Source: Podarcis muralis (lineage: Eukaryota). From it: 64,000 bases of DNA. Both the position numbers and the translations under genes were made by a program. The stretch is from positions 45,384,001 through 45,448,000 of the forward strand of contig NC_135662.1 of NCBI RefSeq assembly GCF_964188315.1. The letters run 5' to 3'. Positions 36,701 to 49,478 of the stretch are shown piece by piece (position 1 is the stretch's first letter; every line of letters begins with the position of its first letter). The notes below the pieces were generated by a model that worked only from the letters and a program-made list of their open reading frames with translations, had not been told where the DNA came from and made no database searches.

Positions 36701-37178
36701 ACCATCCTGGCTGTAAGTACAGCAGTGTAATTAAAGGCGTTAATGAGTACTAATCCCTACTGTATGATCTTTGGTATGTGCTCGCCTAATCCCTTTACCC
36801 AGAGTTTTGACTACAGTTCAGCTCCCTAATCATCTGAGCAGCCCTAACGCAGCTTTCACCAACATGGTGCCCTCCAGATGTTCTTAACTCCTTGCACTGG
36901 CTGAGGCTAATGGGTGCTGCAATCCAGAACATCTGGGAGGGTCACTTAGTTGGCGAAGGCTGTCCTAGTGCCTCTGAAACCACAGTCCAGAAGGAAGTGC
37001 CTTCGAGCATGCACAGAGTGCTTCCCCCGCACCAATAATTCAACCGACCCCCATGCATCTTAGATGAGGAGTGAACTTTTTTCAAGAACCCCTTAAATCC
37101 TGGCACTTCACTTCAGAAGGTGGAGGCCCTTTATTTTTAAGAAAATAATTCAAGTCCTTCAGGGAGTCCTGAAGGAAC

Positions 37179-37181
<3 letters not shown>

Positions 37182-37214
<33 letters not shown>
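37182..37214. repeat. (GA)n microsatellite about 40 nt inside CABLES1 intron 1
   Basis: Read directly. Reads (UC)n in the pre-mRNA. Confidence 0.95.
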
Positions 37215-37217
<3 letters not shown>

Positions 37218-37256
37218 CGAGCCCCTTCTGGGTGTAGACGCGTGAGCCTCACTCAC

Positions 37257-37942
37257 CGGGACCTCTGGAGCTCGAAGGCGCTGGTGCCCGCAGGGCCTTG
37301 CTCGAGGCAGCAATAGTTCTGCGGGACGGCTCTGGCGAAGGAGACGGGCAGGATTCCCTGAGTGAAAGAGTTGAGGCGACCTCTTGCGCCGCCCGCCGAG
37401 GGGGTCCCGCAGGAGCCCAGGAAGGCGGCGGCGGCGACGGGCACCTGCACGGGAGCGAAGGCATCTTCGTCCTCATCCTCCTCCTCTTCCTGCTGCTGCT
37501 GCCCAGCCGCCCTCGAGGGGCTCGTGAGCCTGGCGCCGCCGCTGCAGGAGGCGCTGGGGTAAGCCTGCGGGGCGACGGGCTGGAAAGCGCCCAGGCTGTG
37601 GCGAGTCCTAGCGCTGCCGTTGCTGCAGGCTGCTGCTGCAGAAGCCACCCTCGCGGCCGCCAGTGCTGCAGCGCCGACGCCGCTCTGCTCGCCGCTGCCT
37701 CCTCCTCCGACGCCGCCCTCGTCGTCTTGCGGCACGGCGGGCCGCCCGTCCAGCGAGATGTTGGTGAGGAAAGAGAGCGCTGCCTGCCTGCGCCGGGGGT
37801 CCATGCGCGGCGGAGGCGGCGGCGGCTTCCTCAGGCAGGGCTCCAGCTGCTGGTGGAATGTGCCGCCGCCGCCGCCGTTGTTGGCACGAACTGGGCTGCT
37901 GCTGCCGCTGTTGGCGGCGGCAGGAGCAGCCGCCGCCGCCAT
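37257..37942 (-). CDS. CABLES1: CABLES1 coding exon 1 (686 bp; MAAAAAPAAANS...RMDPRRRQAALSFLTNISLDGR...RGRLNSFTQGILP...FELQRSR)
   Basis: Diagnostic MDPRRRQAALSFLTNISLDGR and RGRLNSFTQGILP motifs distinguish CABLES1 from CABLES2. ATG at 37942 (acaATGg). The ORF-track start at 38017 is a GTG. Donor CG|gtgagt at 37256-37255, phase 2, in frame with exon 2. Confidence 0.96.
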
Positions 37943-38259
37943 TGTCTGTCGCGCCCGCCCGCCGCCGCCTCTCCCGCCCTCGGAGTGGGCAAGAGTAATA
38001 ATCGCCGCGATAGGCACGAGCTCTCAGGCGGCGGGCGGAGGGTCAGCACCCGGCGGCAGGGCGGTGGAGTCGCAGCCGCGCAGCCGAGGGGAGTCGGGGC
38101 AGGCATGGCATGTTTCCCTCCTTCCTCTCGGCTGCCTGCATGGACAGCACGCCCGACTTTGTACAGCAGCCGCCGCCTCCTCCTCCTCTTCCTTCCCTCG
38201 CGTCCTTTTGCTCCAGCCTTTTTCTCTCCCCCCCCCCCCCGCCCTCCTTGGCCAAAGTT

Positions 38260-38323
38260 ATTGGCTTTTATAGGTAACACTCGCCCCGCCAAGCGCTCGG
38301 CGCAACAACACAGCAATCACGTG
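38260..38323 (-). promoter_or_regulatory. Candidate CABLES1 core promoter: E-box CACGTG (38318-38323), GC box (38284-38290), TATAAAAG (38272-38265), CCAAT (38264-38260)
   Basis: Motifs read directly, in plausible order on the gene strand about 330 nt upstream of the ATG. Implied TSS near 38240 is inference. Confidence 0.5.
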
Positions 38324-38849
38324 TGGAAAACAGAAAGCTGGGAAGAAAAACAAAAGCTCCGGCCTGGAGGAGGAGGAGGAGGAGGATAAAAGGGGGAGGA
38401 GGAAGAAGAAAGGAGGAGGAGGAGGAGGCTGAGTCCAAGTCTAAGGAAGCGCCTTCAACCTTTCTTTTTCTCTCTCTCTCCTCCCCCCCCTCACCCGCTG
38501 CGTGTTTGGTAGGAGGAGAAGTAGGGAAGGTGGAGTCTGCCTGTGTTGTGCCACAGCACATGGCCTTGAGGAGGTTACATTAACAGGAATAAAAAGGGCG
38601 GGCACCTAGGAGTTAATGGAGTGTAGAAACGCGTGGATTCCTCACAGGCCTCAGGGGGCCCTTCGTGAACAAGAGTGTGCGTGGATATGCTGCGTGGCGC
38701 ATTTCCCTCCCCGACATTGTTGAGGTCATGCTGCAGCTGCCCGTTTGACCACTAATTATGAAGATCCACCCCCAACCTGAAGGCTCTGGTCCTAATTAAT
38801 AAACACCCTATCCAGAAGGTGCTGGGTGTTCTCTGTTTAGAAACGATTG

Positions 38850-39054
38850 CAGTGTTTCCCAAAGTGTGGTACGTGAAAGGGTTTCAAAGGGTACACAGCA
38901 TTATTTATTTATTTATTTATTTTACTCTACTACATAATGTTTAGATAAAATAGTAGTATTATAACTACCCCCAAATTTTATGAGAGAATGAGAAAGGGTA
39001 CTCTTGTAAGAGTAAAATCTCAAAAGGGGTACTAGATTATTTTTGGGAAACGGC
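38850..39054. mobile_element. Degenerate hAT-type MITE upstream of the CABLES1 promoter
   Basis: CAGTGTTTCCCAAA left end and TTTGGGAAAC right end. Boundaries approximate. Confidence 0.55.
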
Positions 39055-41622
39055 TCTATTGAATTGCTAATCAAATGCTCGTCGCTATTGAAAAGTTGAT
39101 CCAGCCCAATGTAAGGATTATCTGTATATAATTTAAGAGCTCAGGAGGGCTGCAAACCACTTCAATAAACCTTTTTTAAAATAGAAAAAGGAATACAGGG
39201 AAATAGATTTTTTTTCCTCATCTGAGCTGTCCCAGGTTTCTTCAGTTAGCTCAGACCATCATTTTTTTGGTATAATATTTTTACTAATTTTCACAAAATC
39301 ATTTTGATGGGCTTCCTTACCCTGCCCTGCTGCTTTCTGTGTCCCCGGGAGTGAGGAGAAAATGACTAAAGATGCCACATTCCCTTAACTGCACAGTATT
39401 ATCATTTTTATTTATATTTCTTACTCACCCTTCACCATAAGGTCACAGGACAAATTACAACAGTGTAAAAAACAACAAGAAGAAACACAGTTAACAATTT
39501 ACAATCTAATGAATAGGTTGGTTATAACTATATATCTCAAGTGCCAAAGGCCAGGAAAAAGCCTTGTGTCTTTAGCAAATCACAAAAGCTATACAATGGA
39601 GGTGTCAGACGCATCTCTGTGTGGAGGGAATTCTGCAGTTTAGCAGGTGCTACAGAAAATGCTCTCAGGCTGCCAACCCTAGAACTTCTGATAGCAGTGA
39701 AACTACCCTAAGCAAGTTTAGAACTGCAGTTTAGACTGTTTAGACTTTTTTAGTAGTATGTGAAATCCACAACTTGCCAATCTACTATTAGAAAAAACAG
39801 ACAATTGGCTGTGTGTCAGAATCTTTGCCAAATCCCTCTCTGTGATATCGGTTGTAGTTCAGTGGCAAGAGCATGTGCTTTACATGTAGAAATCTAGATG
39901 GACTATTGGTCTGACTCATTAAAAGGCAGCTTTTTGTGTTTGTTTTTCCATGTGTTCTTAGAGGAAGGAAATGATTTGTAGGCATAATCACACTCTCTTG
40001 TGGCCTCATTGACTCCTCAGTGCAAATCTGCAACATGTTGGCTGGTTGGCACATTCTGGGATGGTCACAGCTACCAACTGGTACTTTGGCAATTGGTTGA
40101 TATTTGAAATACATCGGAAGTTGCCGCACACTCAACAGCATTTACCCACTTAGCAGTATTGAGTGAGGTAATGTCTATTTATTTCTTTATATAAGAAAAT
40201 CGTACTCCTTACCATATCACCGAAACACAATCTTAATGCCACTTGTCTCATGGACAGACCATCCATGCTTCCATTTCTCACAGTATGAGGGAGGTTGTTG
40301 AGAACTCCAGGCAAGCTGTCATTTGTGTGGTAATGTATGCTGTATTTTGAACATTCTTTCTTGTCTCTCTGCAGCCTCCCACATCTTCCAGCAGACAGCT
40401 TTTAATGATACACTTTAATGGATTAGCTTTATTCTTTAAAGTGTAATACTTTGCTCTTATCACATACCCCAGGTATCTAGCATGAAGAATATGCCAAAGA
40501 TGACTATTCTGTTGTGCTTGGCAAGGGCTTTTGATAATAGCATACATCTCTGAAGATCACCTGTGTAGCAAAAGTGATTAATATTCTGCTGTGACTTCTA
40601 ATCTTTGTTTTGGTCTACAATAACTCTTTTTTTGCAGCTGGAACTCGCCGGAACTCAGTTCTGGCCCCTCTCAGGTGGGCGCCATTGCCATTCTAAGAGC
40701 TGTTTCTGGTGAATTCTGGCACCCTTTTTTCTACAAAAATAGCACTGGATCTACACTGTATGATGTAGAGTAGATCTGGTGCATTGGAAAAGAGGACAGG
40801 TGACAAAATGGGTGTTCTGCAGTAATTGATTTGCATTGCCTCACTCCCTTATCCCCTTACTTCCTTTCACTCAGCAATTTCCACATTCCAAAAGGAATTG
40901 TTAACAAGACTGTGTAACCCTCACCCACATGCTACCATTCCCCCAATTTCCAGCTCCATCTGACAACCAACACGTTTCTCTCACATGTTTCTGTTACCAC
41001 AGAAATATAGAGCCTTAACTTTTTCTAGCTTCCAGTTTTTGGTATCTTTGTGATGCTGTGATACCTTCTGGATACAAAACTAAAACCTTTGTAATTGTAT
41101 TTTCACACCCCTTGAGTGCTATTATATCCAAGTTCTGCTTCTTGTGGGCTTCTCATGGACCAGTTGGCCCCTGTGAGAAATGACTGCTGGACTAAATGGG
41201 TCTTTGGTGTTGTGCAGCAGGACGCTTCTAGTGTTATATCATCATGTCCTTTTTTTGAACTAGATATTCCATTTATTTAATATTCTACTTGTCATCACAA
41301 TCTCACAAAGATGTCAATAACATTTTTAATCTACTGTTCCTTTAGTCATGGCCTCAGAAGCAAGTGAATTCTCTCCAGGGCCGTTGACACGCTGAAAATT
41401 GGTTACCTACATAAAGGTCTAAGAAGCTTAAAATTCAATGTTTCAGGTTGATTAAAATTTAACATCAAAATCCAAAGTGAGGCAACTCACTAAGCTTTCT
41501 TCTAAAATCTTAGCATGTTAAGAGTCTGCAGTTTGAGTCCCATTGGTATTAAACTGGACTGGGAAAGAACAGCTTGACAATACGTGGAACATGCTGATAA
41601 CTACAAATGAAATAACTCCTTA

Positions 41623-41998
41623 GATGACAGACTTAGCTCAGTGGTGGAACACAGACTTTACATGCTAAAGGCTGAAGGTTTAGCCACCAGCATCTCCAGG
41701 TAGAGTGAAAAGACTCCACCAATCGATGTAGAGCCCGTCCATACACAGTCTGTACATACATTGTGAACCCCTTGTACTGTCTTTAATTCTCCCTTGGCCA
41801 TTCAGTGTTCTTCTCCCAACTATGGCTGTCCCACATTTTTTCTTCCCTGAATCTGAGGATTTCCCGTGCAGACAATGTGACTCTCCCTCTCCAATTTGGA
41901 TTTTCAAGTCCACATTAAGCTGCGGTATGGGCAGACCCATAGGCGGTGCTGAACTAGATGAACCAATGTTCTGACTCAGTTTAAGGCAGGTTCCTGTG
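41623..41998 (+). mobile_element. Squam3-like SINE head (41623-41716) and tail (41947-41998) separated by an unrelated insert
   Basis: TTAGCTCAGTGGTGGAACAC...CATCTCCAGGTAG head and CTAGATGAACCAATGTTCTGACTCAGTTTAAGGCAG tail. Confidence 0.55.
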
Positions 41999-42309
41999 TA
42001 AGCTGACATTGGAAGGAATCATTCTTTCATGGAACAGTTACACAGCAGAAGCAACTCACTCAAGCATGTCTGTGATTTTCTCTTAACTGCAGGATAACTG
42101 CTCTGGAAGATTAGGAAACCTTAAATGCACTTGTAAAATATTCTGTCCACAATTGACAAGCTATAGTTCTGTTTTTATTTTTGCTGTCTAATAACTATGC
42201 TGTTTGAACTTAGTCAACAATTCTGTTATACACACATATTCACACATATGTGTATGCTATAACTCACAAGGTATAAGTGAAGTAACACTTTATTCAAAGA
42301 AACAAAACA

Positions 42310-42831
42310 GGTCAGGCCTAGTGAGCACAACTCTTCCCAGTACGTCTTGCCCCAATGAGGCAGTTGCAAGGACTGAAAGTCCCTTCCTTCCCCCTGCTCT
42401 TGAAGGCTCCTCCTCCCCCGGTTCATTCCCAAGCAATCTGAGGCTCCTTCATCCTGTCTGCCTCTGCTCTGCCCTCTTCATACCTCTGTGGGTTCTGGGA
42501 GACTGGGGGTGGGGAGCTGGTCACAGCAGCAGGAGGAAACTCCCTGGCTTCTTCAGCAGTCTGCCTGATCTCTGCCTCTTGGCCCCCCTCCTCTCCAGCC
42601 TCTGCTTCTGCCTCTGATTCCGAACTACCCTCTGCCACAGCCTCTTCCTGCTCACTAAACCCTGTTACCTCTTCAGCTTTGAACACCTCCTTCTCCCAGT
42701 CTGTTCCGTCTTCTCCCTCTGACCACTCATTGTCATTCCACTATTGTTCCCCTGGCTTTGAGCCTTCTTCCCTTGGATGTTCTCCAGCTAGTGCCTCCCA
42801 CCACTCCTCTGCATCTAGACAGTCCATGACA
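42310..42831 (-). mobile_element. Putative LTR-like repeat beginning TGTCATGGACTG
   Basis: Purine-rich GAG/GAA tract on the minus strand with an abrupt composition change and a TG start. The other end and TSD were not resolved. Confidence 0.4.
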
Positions 42832-45800
42832 TCAACTCCCTACCACAAAAAAATGATTTGAACTGAGGTCTCACCTTCAGTGCACAATTAACCCATGTAA
42901 CCTAGAAGCAATGCTTGTCAAGTATAATCAGGTGGTTCACTTCTCCCTTTCAAGGAATGCAGCCGTGCAAACACACCCTGTTACATCACCCAGCCCTTAT
43001 GTAACTAATTGATAAAATCTTGAACAAAAACATACACTGTGTGCAAAGTCACATTGCAAAGCACAGTATCACAATTTGAGATGGAATGTCTATTTTATTT
43101 TAGTGTGATTTGAATTCACATGTTTATGTTTGCAGTTAGGCTACTTTTGGAAAAGTAGATAGACCGTGTTTGGATTGTTGGGGTAAAGTTTGTTGTTGAA
43201 ATAATAATGCCCTCTTCCATATATTTATGTATATAGCTAAATATTGCCATGCATTCTTCTCACATTACTTGTTTCTCTAGAGTTGGAATGAGCAAATCTG
43301 GTCAGCTTGTGTTATACAAACATGAAATCAAACCTCAAATTGCCTTGCAATGGAATGATCCATTTTAAAATATCTTTATGTTTAATGGTAAGCAGGGAAG
43401 AAATAATCTTATCCTTTGTGTGTTTGTCAGGCATATGTACTTATCCTACTGCAGTGTTTATGCTGATCTTACTTGAAGTTGCATGCATGTTTGGTTAAAT
43501 AAATATATCTTTTTTGGTATCACAATCAACAGAGAGTCTTGTGGCACCTTATGTAAACATTAAACAATATATGTGCACAGAGTGAACAATCTGGGGACAG
43601 AAGAAGTGAGTGCACTTTGCAGCTCAATCCTAGTCAATACTTATGTCCACTGAGCAGTAATAAGATCACTCTGGACTGTCAACCTATTCCTGGTCAAGGA
43701 TATGCTAGCATAAGGATTCTGTGCTTGTGTGACACAATTGTTCTGCCTTGTTGGTGAACACAACCAGCTCAAGGGGGGGGGGGGACAGTTTAGATGGTGT
43801 TTGAAAAGGGTGGAGTGGAAGTTAGTTGGGGTCATGTGCTTTTACAGGGGTAACTCCCATTCCAAACAACATACTGTTATACACATTATATTTTGCAAAA
43901 TTAGGGAGCAAAGACCAAAGAGTTTTGCAATACTCCAAGGAAGAGAAGGACAATTCAGTAACACCTCTTATTCCCCTGCCCCCCAAGGGTTATAAATATG
44001 AACACGTCAAATCCCCAGACCCTTCTTTCCATTCCCAGCTATTGATATTGAACTTTCCTTCCAAGAGTTATCTACATGTATTAACGGCCAGTTGAATATA
44101 GTATAGTAATCTATAGAATATAGATATAGTAATCAAGGTTAGACTGAAAAGTCTCTTTTGGAGTAGAACTATTTAAAATTGGGTTACTGCTTTTACTCTT
44201 AAAACTGATCTGCTGTTGTCTCTTACTGAATCAGGCTTATCCGTTTTCCCCTCTGAAGCCTTTTGCTTGCAGGTCAGGGTCAGATATAGTAAGTTGGGAA
44301 TTTTCCAGTAGGTCGTTCTGATAGTCTTCTATAACAGTCTTGCTTGGAAGGGGCATATCCTTTTTTGACCAAATCCTGTAAGGTCTGCATGCCTTCCAGA
44401 ATCCCATTCATTGCTGAGGACAATGTCAGCTGGGGTTTCAAGGCTGATTGAATTGTTATCGAGATCTTGGTTAGATTTGTTAGCAGTTCTTCCCAGACTT
44501 CCATGTCTGTTCATTTGAGGTGAATACCAGATAGAGACTACGTACTGCTTTTCTATCTAATTCTCCCCATGTACCCACACGTTGAGACATCCGGTATTCT
44601 GCACATATGTGCTTGCACACCTTGCATTAGCAGAAGTGCCTGTGCTGCCTCTGATTTGGAATCCCCATGTAATTGCCTGGCAGCACTAGACCAATGCATC
44701 TGGGTGTGTTCCCACCATTTGAGTGTGTTCCTAGCATAATTTATTTATTAAATTTCTATACTGCCCTTCATCCAAGGATCACTGGGCAGTTTATAATGTA
44801 AAAACATAAATATACATACCATAAGTAGCATTTCTGCTACTTACCTCATCCTGTTACTGTCTCAGTAGCGTACTATGTTCTGATTGCATCAGAGCAGCAT
44901 ACACTCAGTGACATAAGGGGGGGGGGGTTAAAGCGTGAGCATGCTTTGTTTTGAAAACAGCAAGTGTTTAAGGTTAGGCTTCATGAATCTCTCTATGCAT
45001 TGTCTTCCTTGAACTGGACAGCTTTGTCTGTTGAGGTGAGGGGCTGAATACGAATATAAAAACAAGTTCTAATTGCATCAATCTCCAAGCTTTCAAGTAC
45101 AGAGACCTCCTGAATCGGCATTGAAATGCATCTCCTGTATCCTCTAGACTCTTGTTTAAAATTTATTACTACCTGTGAGCTATAACATCTGGTCACCTCT
45201 GCGTTTTGTGCAGTAGACATCCTAATTAGCTGATTAAGTATCTCCTGTACCTTTTAATTAGCATCTCAGCAGAGTTCCTTACAGTTTTGTGCATTATTTA
45301 AAAACATAAAAATAAATCGCCTATGCTCTCCCCATCTATGCTTGTACACCATGGTCAGATTGTAGATAGGGAGACAGTGGTGCATATATAAAAATAAGCA
45401 CTGAGTCAAAATTTTAAAAAATTAGGGGGGGGGGAAGGCTGGAAGAAAATCCAAGATGTTATTTTAAGCAATTGTGAATTAGCATTTTACTGGGACAAGC
45501 ATTGGCAGAAACTTTTTGTTGTTGCCCTCTTTAATTTGCTCCCATCTCCCCCTCCCCCAATTTCATTCAGAATGCTGTTGCATCATGATAGCATTATTCT
45601 AACTATGGCATTGTGGAAGCACATGGTGGCCTACCAGGCTACCAATTCAAGCGAAGGAGCTATTGAGTTATAAAGAAAAAGAGAAAAATGACATAAAGCT
45701 GCCCTTGTAAGAACCCCCCACTCCAATGAATAATTGCCTTCCTAAATAAATATGGTGATTTACAGGTAAAATGAAGATTTTTCAACACCTTAGTCCTCTT

Positions 45801-47095
45801 CAGGAATTCTAGCTCCCATGCAGGGCAACACCTCTGATGTCATGATACAACCTGGAACCTATGCAATCTGGATTCCAGCTAACAATTAAGCCTTCACACA
45901 TACAGCTATATGCACAAAGTTCAAGCTGCATGCATGGGCACCAGAAAGAGAGGATCCCTGGCAGGCACAACATCAGGGGCAGGGATACTTGCTGTGGTTC
46001 AATGCCTACGTTGCGTAAAATAAAATCAAATAATAATAGGATCATTTTCATTTTCTCAGCCAAACTGCTCATGGCTGAGAGGCCCTGACCACATTGTCAT
46101 TGCACACACCTCTGATCAAGGCTGATCAAGCCTGAAGATGCCAGCAGGCAACCCTTCTATAAAGGCTGTTCCAGAATTTATGCAGTGGTGCATAGATTTT
46201 AGGTGGGGAGGACATGGACAACATTACTTCTCGACAGAGAGGGGCAGCTGCCGGGTAAGAAACAGGCAGTGGAGGTGGAAGATAAATTCTGAAAATATTA
46301 ACGAGTAAGGGGTCTTACTGGGGCAAGTGGTAACTTTTGTTGTTTTCTTCTTTCTAATTTTGTTGGGCTATGTGTGAGACAAAGACACAAGAGAGAAAAA
46401 GACCCATCCCAGGCTGACCACTTTGTCTTCTGAAGTGCATTCATTGAGAATGATGACAGTTCACTGCATTCCACTTAGATCAAACAATTCTTTACTTTTA
46501 AGTCTCACTATATATCAGTACAGTATATATCTTCCATGGTTTGTTACAGCATAGCAATAACTGCAAGTCTACTTTTCATATCAGCTTTCTTGACGATCTG
46601 AATGGCGGTATATTGGAAATGCTCCTATCAATTGCAAAGAAATGATAGCTACTGAAGTTTTGTGAAGGTGTTGGTTTCTTTTTTTATCCACCCCCTTCAC
46701 CCCTCCCGTCACATTCAAGCAGCAATGTTAAGTAGCAGGTGTCCTCAGTGCTTATTTAGTTACATCTGAAGCTGGAGAACATAAGAAACAAAATGCAGAT
46801 TATATTCCTTTAGATAGATTACATTTAGTTTCCAGTGGCTGGACCAGGCAAAGCAAAATAATATTTTTTTGCCAGTGATACATAGCAATTCATTTTTTAA
46901 AGATAATTTAGATGGCATTTTTTGTAACATCGTTATAGTATATGAAAATATCGCTTTTCCACACGACCTCCAGCCTCCAGCCAGCCTCAAAGCATCGGCT
47001 CTAGATATTTTGGTCTGGACTGGAGAGGAAGAGTTGGAGAGCAGGGGGAAATAGGCATTTAGAGGCTTTTTGGAGGGTGCTCCCCACTTTACAAC

Positions 47096-47461
47096 GGGAT
47101 GCGGGTGGCACTGTGGGTTAAACCACATAGCCTAGGACTTGCCGATCGGAAGGTCAGCAGTTCGAATCCCCGCGATGGGGTGAGCTCCCGTTGCTCGGTC
47201 CCTGCTCCTGCCAACCTAGCAGTTCGAAAGCACGTCAAGTGCAAGTAGATAAATAGGTACCGCTCCAGCGGGAAGGTAAACAGCGTTTCTGTGCACTGCT
47301 CTGGATGGCCAGAAGCAGCTTAGTCATGCTGGCCACATGACCCGGAAGCTGTCTGAGGAGAAACCCCGGCTCCCTTGGCCTATGGAGCGAGATGAGCGCC
47401 GCAACCCCAGAGTCGGTCACAACTGGACCTAATGGTCAGGGGTCCCTTTACCTTTACCTTT
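47096..47461 (+). mobile_element. Sauria SINE, full length
   Basis: Same family as 11936-12276, with (ACCTTT)n tail and 12-bp TSD CCCCACTTTACA at 47082-47093 and 47464-47475. Confidence 0.95.
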
Positions 47462-49114
47462 CACCCCACTTTACACTATTTCACTTATGTGTGTGGTCCC
47501 AACACAACTCCCTAGGGAGATATCTGTAAAGGCTTCTCAGCATCCTTCTCTGTAGTTTGATGATGTGTCCTGGTGGACTCAAAAACTGTCTCACTATTCT
47601 GTGACATTTTGATTGGCCATAATAAAGGGATTTTTTAAATTAAAAAAAAGTGGCAGCCTTGGCACACCTATGTAACTTACCTCTTTCTCTGCTTAGCTTA
47701 TTTTGATGGCATTTCTCAGATCAAAACTTACTTATCTTGCATGCAGAAGATTAGCAAATAGCGCAAATGGCTACAACAGAGCATAGCCATAGTTTATATA
47801 TTTGTCGGAAGAAACCCAACCCTTGAGACAAGGGGTTGCAGCATACTACAAATTGGACCTGCAACAAAATGTTATAGTGTGAAGTTCATGGGTGGGAGCA
47901 GCCAGCCAGCCATGCATTCCTCCAGAATCTGCCATTCTATTCTCTCTCTCTCCCCCTGTATTTTCCATCTCTTTCCAGTCATTTAGCATTCTGGGCCCAC
48001 TGAGCATGCTCAGTCCTCACTGGGCTATTGTTGTTACTGTTGTTTTGGCTACAGAAGGATGCATAACTGGATTTGCTGTTGCTATATATGAAATAGAAAA
48101 TTAAGGCTACCAATTCAGAGATTATAACTTATTTGTCATTCAGCCAAATTCTATGTGCATTCATTTGTAAACCAGTCTTACTGAGTTGGGTGGAGCTTAT
48201 TCCAAGTACATAGGATTGCTGCTTTAGTGGCCAAATTATTCTAATTGCCAGTGTTGTGTTCCTGGGTGGAAAAGATCCTGATGTAGACAGTATAATTTTC
48301 ATGATTGTACAGGCAAGCTCAACATACTTTTTTAAAAAAATGCCCAAGCTTATGATTATAGCACTGAAACAAATTGAAAAAGCAAACAGCAAGTTTGTCT
48401 GTAAGGAATGGACTCTATAAACTTTTCATGTTGGTGACACATGCATCATTTTGCGATACAATAATTCAATTTTACTAGCAAACCCGAGGTTAAACTAACC
48501 CCTTTCCAGCCCTGGGAAGAGTGTGGGGAGCATTCACCTGGCACACCTACACACTGCAGCCGACATACTAACATTGTGACACAGTTTGCAAAGCTCTGGT
48601 TTAGATACATTCCTGGTATCTCCTTCCATTTTTACAATTACCGGTATATGTTTCTTGGTTTTATTTCTTGCATGGGGGCTGCATGCACAGACCAAAGGCT
48701 TGTTCATAGCTGTACATTTAAGCACAACTACACTACATGTGTAGATTAAGTTTTGAAGAACAGATTGGTTTTGCACAGGCCAAAAGACAATTGGGTCAAG
48801 TCAACCTGAAAGCTAATTGTTAGTGTAACTGCAAAAGCTATTGAAATGTGCAACCTGTATTTAACTTACACTAGTTGTCTCCTAGAGGAGAAATGATGGG
48901 CATGAATATCCATTAATGTATGTCTGCCAAATCCAACCAATATTCAGTGCAAGCAGAGATACTGGTTAGTAAAGTATAGTGCTTTAGAGACCAGGTTGTT
49001 TTGCAATTTATCTAGGGTGCTGAACATAAATACCAACTTTTATTCCAATCTTCAAATGTTTGAGGGAGATACAACGTTGTAGTGTGTTACCTTCTTTGGG
49101 TTCCCTTAATGTGG

Positions 49115-49478
49115 CAGGTGGCGCTGTGGTCTAAACCACTGAACCTCTTGGGCGTGCTGATTGGAAGGTCGGCGGTTCGAATCCCCGCAATGAGGTGAGC
49201 TCCCATTGCTCGGTCCCTGCTCCTGCCAACAAAGCAGTTCGAAAGCACACCAAAGTGCAAGTAGATAAATAGGTACCGCTCTGGCGGGAAGGTAAGCAGC
49301 ATTTCCGTGTGCTGCTCTGGTTTCGCCAGAAGTGGCTTAGTCATGCTGGCCACATGACCCGAAAAAACTGTCTGCAGGCAAACGTTGACTCCCTCGGCCA
49401 GTAAAGCGAGATGAGCGCAGCAACCTCAGAGTCGTTCACGACTGGACTTAACTGTCAGGGTCCTTTACCTTTACCTTT
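49115..49478 (+). mobile_element. Sauria SINE, near full length
   Basis: Same family, with (ACCTTT)n tail and 9-bp TSD TTAATGTGG at 49106-49114 and 49479-49487. Confidence 0.93.

Larger units (their letters stand above)
37210..38710. promoter_or_regulatory. CpG island over the CABLES1 promoter and exon 1
   Basis: Very high GC and CpG density against an AT-rich, CpG-depleted background. Boundaries estimated by eye. Confidence 0.9.

Noticed and set aside
37253-37942. CABLES2 assignment
   Set aside because: MDPRRRQAALSFLTNISLDGR, the exon 2-6 peptides and the RBBP8 neighbour all fit CABLES1.
37943-38017. N-terminal extension of CABLES1 from the ORF-track start at 38017
   Set aside because: The codon is GTG. 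The ATG at 37942 gives the MAAAAA start shared with orthologues.
37298-38583. Long plus-strand and alternative-frame ORFs (363, 217, 161 aa) at the CpG island
   Set aside because: Shadows of GC-rich CABLES1 exon 1 with low-complexity translations. Only the ATG-initiated leader uORFs were kept.
42423-42686. Glu-rich 87-aa ORF
   Set aside because: Reflects the purine-rich composition of an LTR-like repeat, with no gene context.
44280-44504. ATG-initiated 74-aa helical-looking ORF between the genes
   Set aside because: No recognisable family, and the length is within chance expectation. It may be a decayed LINE ORF1 piece but cannot be supported without a search.
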